Shown piece after piece: positions 35,078 through 48,041 of a DNA stretch of 64,000 bases. The stretch is from Trichosphaerium sp. ATCC 40318 (lineage: Eukaryota; Protista; Tubulinea), in contig JALMLS010000210.1 of assembly GCA_038496445.1 (NCBI GenBank), positions 1 to 64,000 of the forward strand. Direction: 5' to 3'. Position 1 is the first letter of the stretch. Every line of letters begins with the position of its first letter. The position numbers and the translations under genes were made by a program. The notes under the pieces are model-generated. The model had not been told where the DNA came from. It did no database searches and worked only from the letters and a program-made list of their open reading frames with translations.

Positions 35078-37537
35078 ATGCAAGAAAGCGGACTTCCTGA
35101 GTCGCTTGAATCAGACTTTAAAACAGAAGATTTCTTCACACAACCATTACAACATCCAGAATTTTTGAATGATATCACCACAACAGATTTTCCACCAATT
35201 CATTCTGTACCGCAAGTTCGTCAGCTAGAACCCGAGAATCAGTGGTACAAGTACTACACAGATGAAAAGGAACAACGTGAGAAGATGCAACAAGCGATGA
35301 TTGGTCTTGAAACACTACTGTACGATTTTTTTTTCGTTGTTTTGACGGCTCTTTTTTTGGCGGTCTCAAGTGTCGCTTTCAATGAATATGACTCAAAAAA
35401 CAATAGGAAAAATTACCAAAGACAATTGGCAAGCCTTCAAAAAGAACCTTCACCTGACCTTCTTCCAGGGCATTCTCAACCAGAAATGTACGCACATTTA
35501 ATTATTTCCAAATTGAAAAAAAAAAACTGACAATGTCATATAGCCAGCCAACACTTGAAATTGTAGATGATGAGGAATACCCATTCTGCAAATTTACTGT
35601 ACCTACACTATCTAAAAACATACAGTATGTGCTTATTTCTATAACAAGGTAACAGAGGGCACTTTAAGACCTTTCCCGGCACTTGCAGTAAATGTTAAAG
35701 ACAATCTAAAGAATATTCTAATTAAAGCTGAACCAGCTGCAAATTACAAGTATGCTTGCTTGTAACTTCATCTTGTTCGGCTCTAACACCTTCGTTCAGT
35801 TTCACGCTTGAGAACCATATTGCTTTCTATAAAGTAAAGGATCAAAAGACAATCACTCATCGCAAGGTACGTTGCACTTCAAAACTAGTAAAGTCAATAT
35901 TTCTTTACTAATTGTTTTCACAATAGTTGGGAAGTGTTATAATTTTTGATGATCTGCGTGTTTCTGGTGTTGGCACTGCAGATGGAGATGTCATACAAAT
36001 AGAATTTAAGCTATATAGTGTGGATGGTCCTAAATCAACGTTACTTACATCGCAGACATCTCCAGATATTCGAGTATTCAATCATTCTCAGTATCTTCCA
36101 GGTAGCTATTGGACTTTCTCACAAAAAGTTAATCTCGCTTAGCACCTATCATTACAAAATTAGTACCAAACTGGGCTACCGTCGGAGAACAGCAGAAAGT
36201 TGAAGTATATGGACCTTTGTTTTTGAAAAAAAATATCCTTGAGTGTCAGGTGCTTGAAGAAAGCGGTGAACAATTTTCGCTTATTAGGTACAAACAGTTC
36301 TCAAGTGACTCCAGCTAACTCCTCCTTAGAAAAACAGATATTCAAAGGAAACGAAATTGTTTCCATAGTTTCGCTTTTGATGCCCCTGAACATCCTCAAG
36401 GACGTGTACTTATAAGACCAAGGTATGAAAAAAGAGATTGTGGAGTCGGCAAAGAATTCTTTTACCTTGGTACTACCAAACCTACCTTCTGGCTATATTC
36501 TTATTTATTGTTAGTACCTCCCTGTGGTGGTAAGCTCCCTGTTTCAAGCCTGATCACAAGTGGGGATTTCAGTGGCATATCTGATGGGATGTTTGACGAT
36601 AAATCCTCTTTTGATGTACCTATAACACTTGGTCTTGAGCAAGACGATTTTGGTTTTATCCAACTGCTTTCAGATTCTTATGAAGGCAACTTTCAATCTC
36701 TACAAGTACGCTTCAACAGTAACCCATTAAATAATCTTTTGCTAACCATTTTGAATAGAGGTCACTGTTTAATTCTAATGTTGTGCAATGCATAAATAAG
36801 CGAGATGTGAACGGTTGTACAGCTCTTTTTTGGGCATGCTACCGTGGTAATGAAAAGTGTGTCAAATTATTATTGAGATCTAAAGCCAACCCAAACATTG
36901 CTAGTTTTTATGGACAGACGCCATTACATGCTGCTGTAGTAGCAAGATCAGAAGATATAGTACAGCAACTACTGAAAAACAATGCAGACCCAAATAATGC
37001 AGACAAAACTGGAACAACTCCTTTGCACTTGGCGTGTGCTACTGGCACGTGCGTTGAAGCCTTGGCAGAATCCGTACAAGACTTGATGATACTCGATAAT
37101 GACAGAATGAGTCCAATGCAAACCGCAATTATGACAGGCAATGAAGGTACGGAATATAAACTGTTTGTTACAACAATGACTTACTTGATGTTTCAGGTGC
37201 CTTCTTTCATATAGCCCAACAAATTTTAAAGAGAACTCAATCATCCATTGAAGATATTGTAGAGTTTAGACATAAACGTCTTAACAGCTCCTTAGATTCT
37301 GGTAACAACACAAAAAGTAAACATTTAAACAACCTCTTCGAAACACGTGTATGCTTTACGTCAGATAAAGATTGTGACTCTACACCTGCATCTCCAAGAG
37401 TACATCATCGACTTTCTGATTATAAAAGAAAGAACATGGTTATTGGACTAAAGAAGCAAGGGAACCCAAAGCTAAAGAACAATGCAACAACAAAAACACT
37501 ATTTAATCCCAAAGTCATTTTCTCACAGCTATTTTAA
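35078..37537 (+). CDS. Putative transcription factor: Ig-fold (STAT/Rel/p53-like) DNA-binding domain + IPT/TIG + ankyrin repeats
   Basis: 'LRPFPALAV...IIFDDLRV...IQIEFKLY...TSPDIRVFNHSQYLP', then 'PIITKLVPNWATVGEQQKVEVYG...FDAPEHPQGRV...FFYL' (IPT), then ankyrins 'NGCTALFWAC', 'GQTPLHAAV', 'GTTPLHLAC'. Confidence 0.7.
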
Positions 37538-37829
37538 TATCACCTTGGTCCTCTACGTTGCTTTTTTTAAGTTGCTTTATCAAGCAAACACATGCAAATA
37601 GACTGTAAATATTGTAAAATTCATGTAAAAAAAAAAACTCAATACAATGTACTTATGCCACGTTATGGTTTAATGACTGTACACAGTTACAAGACAAGCT
37701 TAACTATATCGAAAGATGGGTCTTTTAGTGCCAAGAAGTCTTTGTTCATTGCTAACAAGCAAAACCAAGAATGGAATTGGAAATTTCTTGGCGTTGAAAT
37801 AGTCCGACTACTGTTCTCTGCGTTTTTCA

Positions 37830-39578
37830 ATGGCTATTAAATCAACTCTACTGCTTTGCATAGCGCTTATTAGCGTTATCACGTGTTATGAAGCAGCAAC
37901 GACTCCTGAACAGCAAACCAAGTCGATGATAGACCAAGTACGTATAAATGATGACGCACAGCACAACAAACGCCTTTCTTTAAGCTTCTCAACCACCCAG
38001 CATTTCTCAGTTGGACTTATGGCGGTGGTATCATACAAGACGCCATGTGGCTCGCTTCTTCTTACTTTGAAGGTAAAAACATCCGAATTTGTCACGTGCC
38101 CTTTTTACTTTTCTTGTATTAACGTAAAATGAGGTATGGACTATACCAATACATCAAGTACCATTTTGGATTCGTTCGAAACAACTCAGACTGCATTCGG
38201 ATACAGAGTACTTAACAACATTACAATTCCGTGGGAGTACGCGATGAGTTGTTGGGAATGCGTATACTTAGTAGGAAATAGGTATGCAATAGGAGACTTT
38301 ATAGGGTTGTATCCTTTTGCTTATTTAGATCGCGTTGAGTACTACGGAAAAGGCAAGCGAGACTATTTTTCTGAAGATATCATTACCCTTTGTTACAACA
38401 TTTCTTCTGACAATTCCATCTTTTAGAGCGTGATAATACCAAGGATTTATACATAGTGGATACGGTATTGGATAGATACGTTCTAAAATGGCCAGTACGC
38501 CTTGCAGATGGTAAGTTAAGTAGTTAGAAGCGACGGAAAAACCAGAAAAATGTTTTAATATTTGAAGGCTTATGTTTGAGCTCAAGGTACAATTGCTCGA
38601 AAAGATAAATGGACATTGTGGTGTGATGATATGTATATGGGCCTCACTTTGATGGATAGAGTGTCAATTTACAAGAAAAACCAAGACTTAATCAACCAAG
38701 TACAAAAAAAACCTCGGCTACTGAATCCCAAAATTTACACCAAAATTTTTTCCGTAGGTTGCAACAATGAAAGTCAACTTTGCTAAGTACATGCAAGACC
38801 CAAGTATAGTAGACAAAATACCCCACACTTACTAACAACCTTGGTAGAGACTGGCCTTTTTTGGCATGGCTATGATGATATAAATAAAGAACCCAGTTGC
38901 TGTTTTTGGGGTCGAGCAAATGGTACGATTTCTTTCAAAACAAAGTGTTTGACCAATAATAGGTTGGGTAATGATGAGCCACATTGAAGCACTGCTAGCG
39001 CTTGAACAATTTCCAGGAAACCCTAATCAAAAATCGATGATAGCCTTGCTCCAATCTCACGCAACAGGTTGGACAAACATCCTCTTAAAACCCTAAAATC
39101 ATTCTCACTCATGTGTATTTTATAGCGACTATACCTTTTCAATCAACTGATGGTCGTTGGCATCAAGTCATAGATCATGATGAAACTTACTTGGAAACAT
39201 CTGTTACTGCTATGTTCTTGTGGTCGTATGTTAAAGGAGTAATGAAAGGATGGTTGAATAAAGGTAAGCCTTTATGTTTTTTCCTCAAAGATTGTGCTGT
39301 AGCAATCTATAGATTCACAATTCCTCTAGATCAATTCGATACTGTTATTCATAAGGCATACGAAGGTCTCAGTAGAACGATATTAACAAATGGGACTGTA
39401 ACTGTACGTGACCAGTGGCTTTCTTTTGAGCTTATGTTTGTAGGGCATCTGTCAAGGTACTGGGGTACAAGATACTGTTGCGGCTTACAACGCACGCTCA
39501 ACAAATTACATATTCTCAACACCAGGTCTTGGATCTGTAATACGTGCTGTAATAGCGTATGACGAATACACAAAATAA
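37830..39578 (+). CDS. Secreted glycoside hydrolase family 105 (GH88/105, unsaturated uronyl hydrolase-like)
   Basis: Signal peptide, 'WTYGGG', 'LWCDDMYMG', 'GLFWHGYD', 'FWGRANGW', 'DGRWHQVID...YLETSVTAMF'. Confidence 0.9.
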
Positions 39579-39791
39579 AAAACACGGCGAAACACCTCTA
39601 AAGGTTTTTCCGGAAACATATCATCTACTGGCCAACATACAACTTTTTCTCGCTCATAAATTAGTCTTACAAGCATACAACAGTATATCAAATTAGGAGG
39701 GTTTTTTATTGTTTTTGGTACAAGAAATGCCATCAACACGTGTTTGGTTGAGAGATATTTTTTTGGTTTTTTTTGGGATTTTTTTCGTTGT

Positions 39792-41366
39792 TCACGAGTC
39801 TAAAAGTACAACATCGGTTGATGGATCAAAAGCCTTTACAAGGTATCTACCAAATGCTTCCAACTTTTTCTTTCCTCTAATCTCAGAACCTTGAAGAGGT
39901 AACGTCGTTGTATGAAAATCTTCATAAAGATCCAAAATCTGGTCAATATATTTCTGTTGCATTTTTGTACGTGCTTTGCAAAGACCACAATTCACGTTTT
40001 TCTGAGGATACAAGACCTGGTTGACAACAATATTCTTAACATCAATTTCAAACTTTGTAAGCTCTTGAACCATACGCTCAGTCTCATAAATAGATAAAAA
40101 CTCTGGGATACAAACACATACGAATTGCGTAAGATCAGAGTTTTTAAATTGACTATGGACCTCTGCAATGACGGATTGTGTTTGTTCCATTTTATCTGTA
40201 ATCTCTTCTGGTGTTGCATTCATACCAGGCATCATATTTGATAGCTATATAAGAGTATTAAGATGACATGACTTGACAAAAGAAAAAAAAAAACAGAAAT
40301 TTCAAAAAGTGTTTGTTTGAGCGTCTGTACCTGACCAAACATGCCGGAAAATTTATTCTTTAGGCTGATCATCTTACTCAACCCTTTTTTAAGTAATTCT
40401 GGGAATTGCAGCAAACGAAGGGTATGCCCTGTTGGTGCTGTGTCAAAAACTACTATATCGAATTCCATACTCCTCACAAGCCTTTTGGTAGACGTTTTAG
40501 AGTTCAAACAAACAAAAGGGGAAAAAGCAAAAGAGAAAAAAAAACCAAACTGAATACGCACTTCATGACTTGAGCAAAACTCATCGCCTCATCAATTCCA
40601 GGGACTGCATTTGCGATTTCTTTAATAAAAGAATCATCACCACCTTGTGAAAACATGCCCTGTGCGATTTAAAGTAAGTTGAAGTCAGCAATCAATCAAA
40701 AAAGCCATTGGCAATTTTTTTTTTGTTTTTGGACTCAGAAAGACGAAATCTGCATAAATTAGCTCGTTTTCGTTGTAAAACACAACTTAAAAGCAGAACT
40801 GGGACAAATGCCTCGAAAAGATAATCACAGTCAGCAAAAAGAATTTCACTTTTGGTATTAACGCCAATATTGGTTAAAAAAGCGTAGAATCGTCTGTGTA
40901 TTTGGGTTTAAGAACGTACTGCAGCTTCTTCTCCAAAACCAGTTGGATCAACTTCCTACGCGTCACAATGAGAAAACAGTCATCAGAGAGCTTATTGTAC
41001 CATTGCGTATAGGTTATCAAAGCCGTTTACAAGACCTGGTTCGCTTGAGAATTTCTGGCCGAAAGCATCGCTGAGGTTATGTGCAGGGTCGGTAGATAGT
41101 ATAAGGACAGATTCGCGGACTTTTGACAATTGTACAGACAAACAGCAACTCACGGTTGTTTTGCCAACGCCACCTTTACCGCCTACGAACAGCCACTAGA
41201 AAAATACGTAAACAATTGCGTTATTGCCTCTGCTTTTTCATACTTTTAGCGATTTCTTATCTAGAATGTTTTGAGCTGATGGAGCAAGCTCTTCCATGTC
41301 ATCAAACTCTGCTTCAAGCTGAGAAAGTAAATCATCATCGTCTAAAATACTATCTGGTTCCGCCAT
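39792..41366 (-). CDS. GET3: GET3/ASNA1 (ArsA-family) tail-anchored protein targeting ATPase
   Basis: '[14 protein letters not shown]', '[17 protein letters not shown]', '[11 protein letters not shown]', '[13 protein letters not shown]', '[14 protein letters not shown]', CxxC 'CGLC'. Confidence 0.96.
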
Positions 41367-41489
41367 AGTAGTTGATGTTGTTGTTGAATTGATTATTTGC
41401 TGATTACGTAACCAATTACGAGACCAGAATAGACTTGAATATTTCAGTTGTATTGCGCTTTTTTGTAGTCTTAGATTCCCGTTGTAACA

Positions 41490-43809
41490 ATGGCTTCGTC
41501 TACGTCGTGGACGCGAGTTCTAATATACCTTATTGCTGGCTTCATTGGTACCAATTTGTTTTTCATGATGCTTTATCACCACACAGCGCACGACGCTATA
41601 GAGGTACAATAAAACAAGCCGAAAAGACGACGCAACCAGAAAGCGCTACCAAAAGGCTTTTATGTTGAACGCAACGCTTACCATCCCTGTAGCTCATCGA
41701 AGCCACGCTTATTCACGGACATGGGACAAACACGTATGTCAACGTTGCTGTCACCAACATATAACCCAATTACGCAGAATTATACAGGTGGATGAGGTAG
41801 AAGCGCCTAAATCGAAAGAAAAAGATAAGGAGCTTGAAAAAATAACAAAGGAGGCAAACAACCTTGCCAAAAACCTTCCAAAGGTAGCACCAGGTAATAA
41901 TTAACAACAACGTTGCAAAAAAATTCAAAACGACAAAACATATCAGCTTTTTTTTGCCCCCTTTTTAGCTTTTCGGCGTCGAAACAGTTCTGCAACGCAT
42001 AAAAACAGTGTAACACCTCCTCAAAAAAAATCTCGTTGAAAGGACAACTTTTTCTTCTTCCTTTTTTTATGTCAAACCACATCTCTGACATATTTACTAG
42101 TGAACATCCAGAAGCAAATCGGTACATTACTTGTCATTTAGGTTTTTTTTTTCAACTGTCACTATCAGACCCATAAAGTTGTTTTTTTGTCACGTGACTT
42201 ATTTTTTTTGTTTTGTAGAGAAGGTGCATGCTGATTTACAAACTTTAAAGTTTAAAGCGTACCCAAGACCACGTGTTGCACTCAAGCCTCAATCAACATT
42301 TCCAGCTGGTGACAAATTTCCTTGTAAGTGCGCTACGCGAAAAAACAACAATTTCAAGATTTTTTTTTGTTTTTTATTTTGACACTTGTTTTGCGCTCTA
42401 GATGATAAATTCAAGACGAGGGAAATCCCTGATGTTCGCGCTGATTTATGCCGCTACCAGGTATGTTTAAACGTGTAAAAAAGCGTTCTTAACGTGGTGT
42501 AGGACTTTAGCCAAGATTTGGACCCTGCTTGCATTATCTTGCCTGTGCGTAATGAATCTATGCCGATTCTTGTTACAAGTATAAAGACAATACTTCAGCG
42601 TACTCCTCAGTATGTACCACTGCATTTTTTTTTTGTTCAATTAGATTTGTCTACAGCGTACATATCTAATTTTCTCGTAGTCATTTGATTGATCAAATTG
42701 TTATCGTTGATGATGCTAATACGCCTGAGTATTTGGCTGAAATGCAAAAAGAATTCAAAGATTTTCCCAAAACTACCATTCATACCAACGAGAAACGTGA
42801 AGGTCTTATTCGTGCGCGTTTGAATGGTATGAAGAGTTGTAAGAATGCACCAGTGACTATATTCCTTGATTGTCATATCGAAGTCAACACAGGTAATATA
42901 TTTCGCAAGCCAAGATTTTAATTGTTTATTGACGCTTTGTTTTTTTTTCTTCAGGTTGGATTGAACCTATGTTACAAGTGATTAAAGAAGACTCATCTGC
43001 TGTTGCATTACCTGAGATTGATGTTATTAAAGATGGAGCACCTTGGACGTATTCGCGTGCTGGAGATCAGAATGTTGGTAGTTTCACTTGGAATCTTGAA
43101 TTTACTTGGATTCCAGTCAACGAGTTTGAGAGGAAGATGCGCATAAAGGAATTTGATCTTAAGGTATGATTATCCTTGTATGTGTACTTCGAGAGCTTAT
43201 AAGATGTACTAGTTGACACCTACTATGGCTGGAGGATTGTTTGCGATATCTACAGAGTTTTTCCATACTATTGGGTTATACGATGAAGAGTTCAATATTT
43301 ATGGCGCTGAGGGCATCGAACTCTCTTTTCGTATTTGGATGTGTCACGGTTCTATGTTTATTGTTCCTTGTTCACGTGTTGGTACGCTAGAAGAACCGCA
43401 GAAAAGCATTTATACCCGTGCATAATTGAAATGTTGATTTCTAACTATTGTTCTTTGTTTAGGTCATATTTTCAGGTCATGGCACTCATATGATATGCCA
43501 CATGATGTAAATAAAAATAAACGCCGGTTGGCAGAAGTATGGATGGATGACTACAAAGAGCATTTTTATGATACTTGGCCAAGGTATGTTTTTTTTTTTT
43601 TGCTGCTTGTGCAAACTTTTTTTTTTTCTCGTCATTATTTGGAACTGACACACGTGGTTAGAGCTCGTCAAGTAGATATGGGAGATATAAGTGATCGTAA
43701 AAAACTAAGGAATACTCTCAAGTGTCATAGTTTCAAATGGTACCTTGATAACCTCGTACCAAATAAGAAAATTCCAAAAAGAAATCATAAAAAAAACCCT
43801 AAAAAATAG
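41490..43809 (+). CDS. Polypeptide N-acetylgalactosaminyltransferase-like (GT27) type II membrane protein lacking the ricin-B lectin domain
   Basis: N-terminal TM, 'REIPDVR', '[11 protein letters not shown]', DxH motif '[17 protein letters not shown]', '[11 protein letters not shown]', '[17 protein letters not shown]...VPCSRVGHIFR', '[11 protein letters not shown]', '[12 protein letters not shown]', then stop. Confidence 0.9.
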
Positions 43810-43945
43810 CTCAACTTATTTTTGCATTGTTTCTTTTTCTTTGCTTTGTTTCGTATACCCAATGCATTGTACAAATAATAATAAAAAAAGCATCGTTCAA
43901 TTGGATTTATGATAGTCATACTTTTATTATAAAGTTGTTGAGGTG

Positions 43946-46097
43946 TTAAAGAAACATCCAAGTCAGTATCACACAAACGATCAAGTACGACGTTATCACA
44001 TTGCTAGCACTCTCAGATGGCTGTGTGGAAGTGGTAGGAGTAGTAGATGGAGTTGATGGGGAAGTAGATGGGGAAGTTGATGGGCTAGAGGATGGTTGTT
44101 GGTTTATGCTAGGAGAACTGATTGGTGTTGAGGGTGCTACTGTGGTACTCGTATCACTGTCAAATCCAAACTCTATTGTTTCTGAATACGTTGCTCCATT
44201 TGTTAATTGAATGGTCAGGTACACTTTATGAGAATCTACAAGAGTGTCAGATGACATAAAAGTGAATGTGCCTTTGTACCTTGTGGCGCAAATATAGATG
44301 TGTCATATGGACTTGTTGTAATGATTTGTCGATGTGCTTCTTGTCCACCACCTGATATTTTAAAAGAAACGGACGACACGTCTACGTCACTTTCAATGAC
44401 GGCTTGAAGATAGATTTTTTCAGAATCGAGCATATTTAAATTGACCTGAGTGTTGTTTGAAACTTCGACTTGATTCCTGCCATCATTGATTCGGTATGAC
44501 ACTGACTTAACCTTACCACTTTGCTAAGTTTATTTCGAAAATAAGAGACCACGTGACGTACAAGATCATTTCCAGGAGGAAAAGCCATAACAGGTGCTCT
44601 CTGAGAAGTGAAAAAGGAAGTACTGTGATAGCCTGATACCAATGGCGACCCATTATCGTATCCTTTGCCTTAGAAGAGTAAGCAGCGCTTCAGATTTTTG
44701 CTATTGTTCCAAGTACCTGCTCCAATTTCGAACAAAACATTAGTGTCAAGAACTCCTTGAGTTTCGGTGTCGAAGCAAAGCCATGCGATTTGTCCTGTTT
44801 TAACAGTACCAGTCTGTCCTTTAAACTATTATCCGTTAGGACAATATACTGTACAAAGAAGCAAGGGTGAATAGCAGCCGTACCAAGCCAGAAAAACCTT
44901 GCCAATTTGCGAGTTTTAATGGTGAGTTAGAATTTAAAAATCCTTCAGCAGTTCTTGTATTTTTCTTAAAATCAAACTCAAGATTCTTTGCAAAATCGGG
45001 AGCCATGACTGTCGGAGACATGTTATCAAATATCATTGCAGATGTTACCTAAAATGGAAACTCAGATAATAGCGCAAAGACAAAGGTAAACAGTACGTTG
45101 ATATCTTCTGAATTAAAGCTTATACCACATGAACACGTATCTACCGGTTTAGGTTCAAATGTCTGTGTTGAGATACAGTACATTGTGCCAACTAGACAAA
45201 GAGACAGAGTTAACACGTGATTCTATAATCCCGTACGTACAAAAGTATATTGAGGAATCCAGTTTTGTAGAACCTTCTATATTTCTTTTTGGTTGTTGTT
45301 CTTGGCCGCTTATAGCAAAGCATTCTTCTCCGTTAGGTTCTTTGCATTTACCACCAAAATCAATAGGACAATATGTTCTTTGAATATCCCAAGGTACTCG
45401 TTCACACTCACACAGTGTTACGTTACTGTCAAGTACATAAGTCTCATCAAATATGTCACAGCAAATGCCACTACAAGCACTTTCACAAGAACTCCCTAAA
45501 CAAACACGTTCAACCCAAACGAAAGCGAATACGCCCTCTTACATTGAACGAATGTGCCATTGCAATTTGCAGCCGGAGAATATTCGTCACATGATCCCTT
45601 ACGACAACATGTTCCATAAACTAAAGTGTGATAAACAAATTAACACATGCTAAGCTCATTGTACCTTCTGGGCATTTTAAGTCTGCTCCGTTTTCTTCAC
45701 AGGAGTAACCTGCTACAAAACTTCCACAGAAGAATTTCTTAAAACTGTTTACACATCCGTTAGGGGTACACCTTGCTCCTATGACGCCTTATTAGCGTAT
45801 TGATCAGAAAAATACTTGATACTCACCACATACTTCCTGAGAACATGAAGATCCTAAAATCACGTGTCAGACAATTTACCAGTTACAAGCAAAAAGGTTA
45901 CCTGCAGCGAAAATACCAGTCTCATTTTGGCACTCGCCATTTGTTGTATCAATGCATCCAAGCCCAATCGAACCACTGTCTCTTTCGTACTTTACACAGC
46001 AAGCACCGGTGGCATTCTGAGGAATGGGTATTTGAGTACATGCCAAGCACGTTGTGGCGAATAGAACTAGAGAAAACAAGGTTTGTGGTTTATTCAT
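43946..46097 (-). CDS. Cys-rich secreted/cell-surface protein with Ser/Thr/Pro linker and probable GPI signal
   Basis: Signal peptide MNKPQTLFSLVLFATTCLA, Cys-rich 'GACC...C...C' modules, a 'PSSSPSTSPSTSPSTPSTTPTT' linker and hydrophobic C-terminus 'SYLIVCVILTWMFL*'. Confidence 0.65.
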
Positions 46098-46613
46098 TTG
46101 TTGCCACACTCAAAATGATTTCGCCTCAATGGTTGATAGTTGTCAACAGTGTTGAATAGTGGCGATTATATGAATCCATCACGTTAAAAAAAAAAAGCAA
46201 GGTTCCTCGTCAAGAGCGCTTACCTCGTTGGTTTGTACCTAAGTCTTTGTTTGGATTATTTAGTTAAATAGCACAACTTATTCTTGTTTAGCTAAACGTT
46301 TATTTGTTTATTGTGATGAGAACTCACTTTGTGTCAGAATACAGTTTTTTGATCCTGTTTGTAGTAGATTATCTACTTTGTCTCACGTGAGGCAAAACAA
46401 CACAACAACCTCCAGGAAATGTACAATGTATCGAAGAGAACAGAGTCACAATTCGTGTTGACTCAGGAACAGATTTTATTGGAGGAACAGTTCGAACATA
46501 GTATTTTTTGTGACAAAAAACTGGTAAACAACGGTGTATTGATAGTTACAATATTCCTTCGTTTAAGGTCAATTTGCCAGATGGACAAGTTACACAATTT
46601 TTATTTTCAAACC

Positions 46614-47304
46614 TTAACTGGGAAGAAAACTGAGGTGTATATTATCTTGGAGTTTTTTTAAGAAAGGTTGGAGTCTATGAAACTCATTTCGTGCCAATTG
46701 GAACTTTGCTGCAACTCCTTTCACTAGCTTTTTAGTAGTTGTTTCAGATAGTAAATGTAGAATGTCACTAAGAGAATAAAAGTTCTTCAAAGCCCACGGT
46801 ACAAACTTGTCTTCAATCACTTGAGAGTAATCTCCATACGAATCCAAAGCAAGTAGAGTTTCTATAGCTGTTTATTACAATAGGGACTTAACACGTGTTA
46901 AATACCTGGGTTGCAAGGTAGTTCTTTAGCCAGTTTTACACATGCTTCAACTAGCCACTGTATCATATATTCCCTCCCCAATGCTAGAAGACGAAGTACA
47001 GATTCTTTTCGGATAGGTGGACGAGTATAAAGTTGAGATACAAGGTTATATATGTCGTCGTACTTCTTTTCCTTCAACATTTGTCATTTACATTCAGCTA
47101 CAAGTTTAATGGGTACCTCAAACTTGATGACTCCCGTTGAAGCTTCCTTCATTGCTGGCTTCAACATTGCTTCAAACACGGGGCTGTGCATGATGAGAAC
47201 GAGTTTGTGAGCGTATATCTTTTTTTCTTCTATGATGAGTGTACCATTTCGTCTGGACTACCAAAGTAATCGGAAACGTTTGTTATTGGCAGTTTACGAT
47301 TCAT
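46614..47304 (-). pseudogene. BTB/POZ(-BACK) domain gene, apparently disrupted
   Basis: 'GTLIIEEKKIYAHKLVLIMHSPVFEAML...MKEASTGVIKF...LLALGREYMIQWLVEAC'. There is a frameshift after the probable start and an in-frame TGA (~47084) that no plausible intron removes. Confidence 0.6.
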
Positions 47305-48041
47305 TGCTTGCTTTAATGTATTTCAAATATAAACAGACTTAGATACTTGTACATCTTAAGGCGCGAAATTGTCTCTGAGAGATAAAAAAAAAAGACAGAA
47401 AAAGTACGTGATTTAGTTAAAAGTATAAATAGATGATAAATCAAGCAATTCACACTTTGCACGCATGTGATAATAACACTGCCCTTCTGTTGTCTTTTGT
47501 TATACCGTTTTATGGATTCTTTGTACGGCCAACAACTCAGGCTCCAACAATGGCGTCAACAACCAACAAACCCGTCACCACAAACCGATAACAAGGACCG
47601 ATATCCATGCCATCGCTAACTTCATCAGCCAACAGCCTCGAGTGTACACGTTGTATCTTGTACATTATCTACTGTTGTATTCCGCCATCTTTTATTGCAT
47701 GGAGTTCAGGTCCAAAGAGCAAGTAGATGTAAGAAGAATTTCGTTACTAGCATAAAAGCTGATTAGCAACAAATATTTTAAAGCCTTTCGTTTTTGCTGC
47801 GGCTGAAAGCCCACAACTCACTGTGTTTTTATATGAATACGCGAAAAAAATTAGCGAACAAATATATCACGTGATCTAGAACGCAAATATCCGAAAGAGA
47901 AAACTAAAATTGAAGTAAAAGTACAGTAAATCTACAAAGGGACGCAAATACCTAAAAGAGAATTAAATTGAAGTAAAATTGAAGTAAATCTACAATCTTG
48001 TGTGTACAAATAAAGTCAATACCACAAACCACAGTCAAGTA

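Noticed and set aside
47460-47730. Thr/Pro-rich then hydrophobic segment resembling a GPI-protein C-terminus
   Set aside because: Interrupted by stops and no upstream exons; too weak to annotate.
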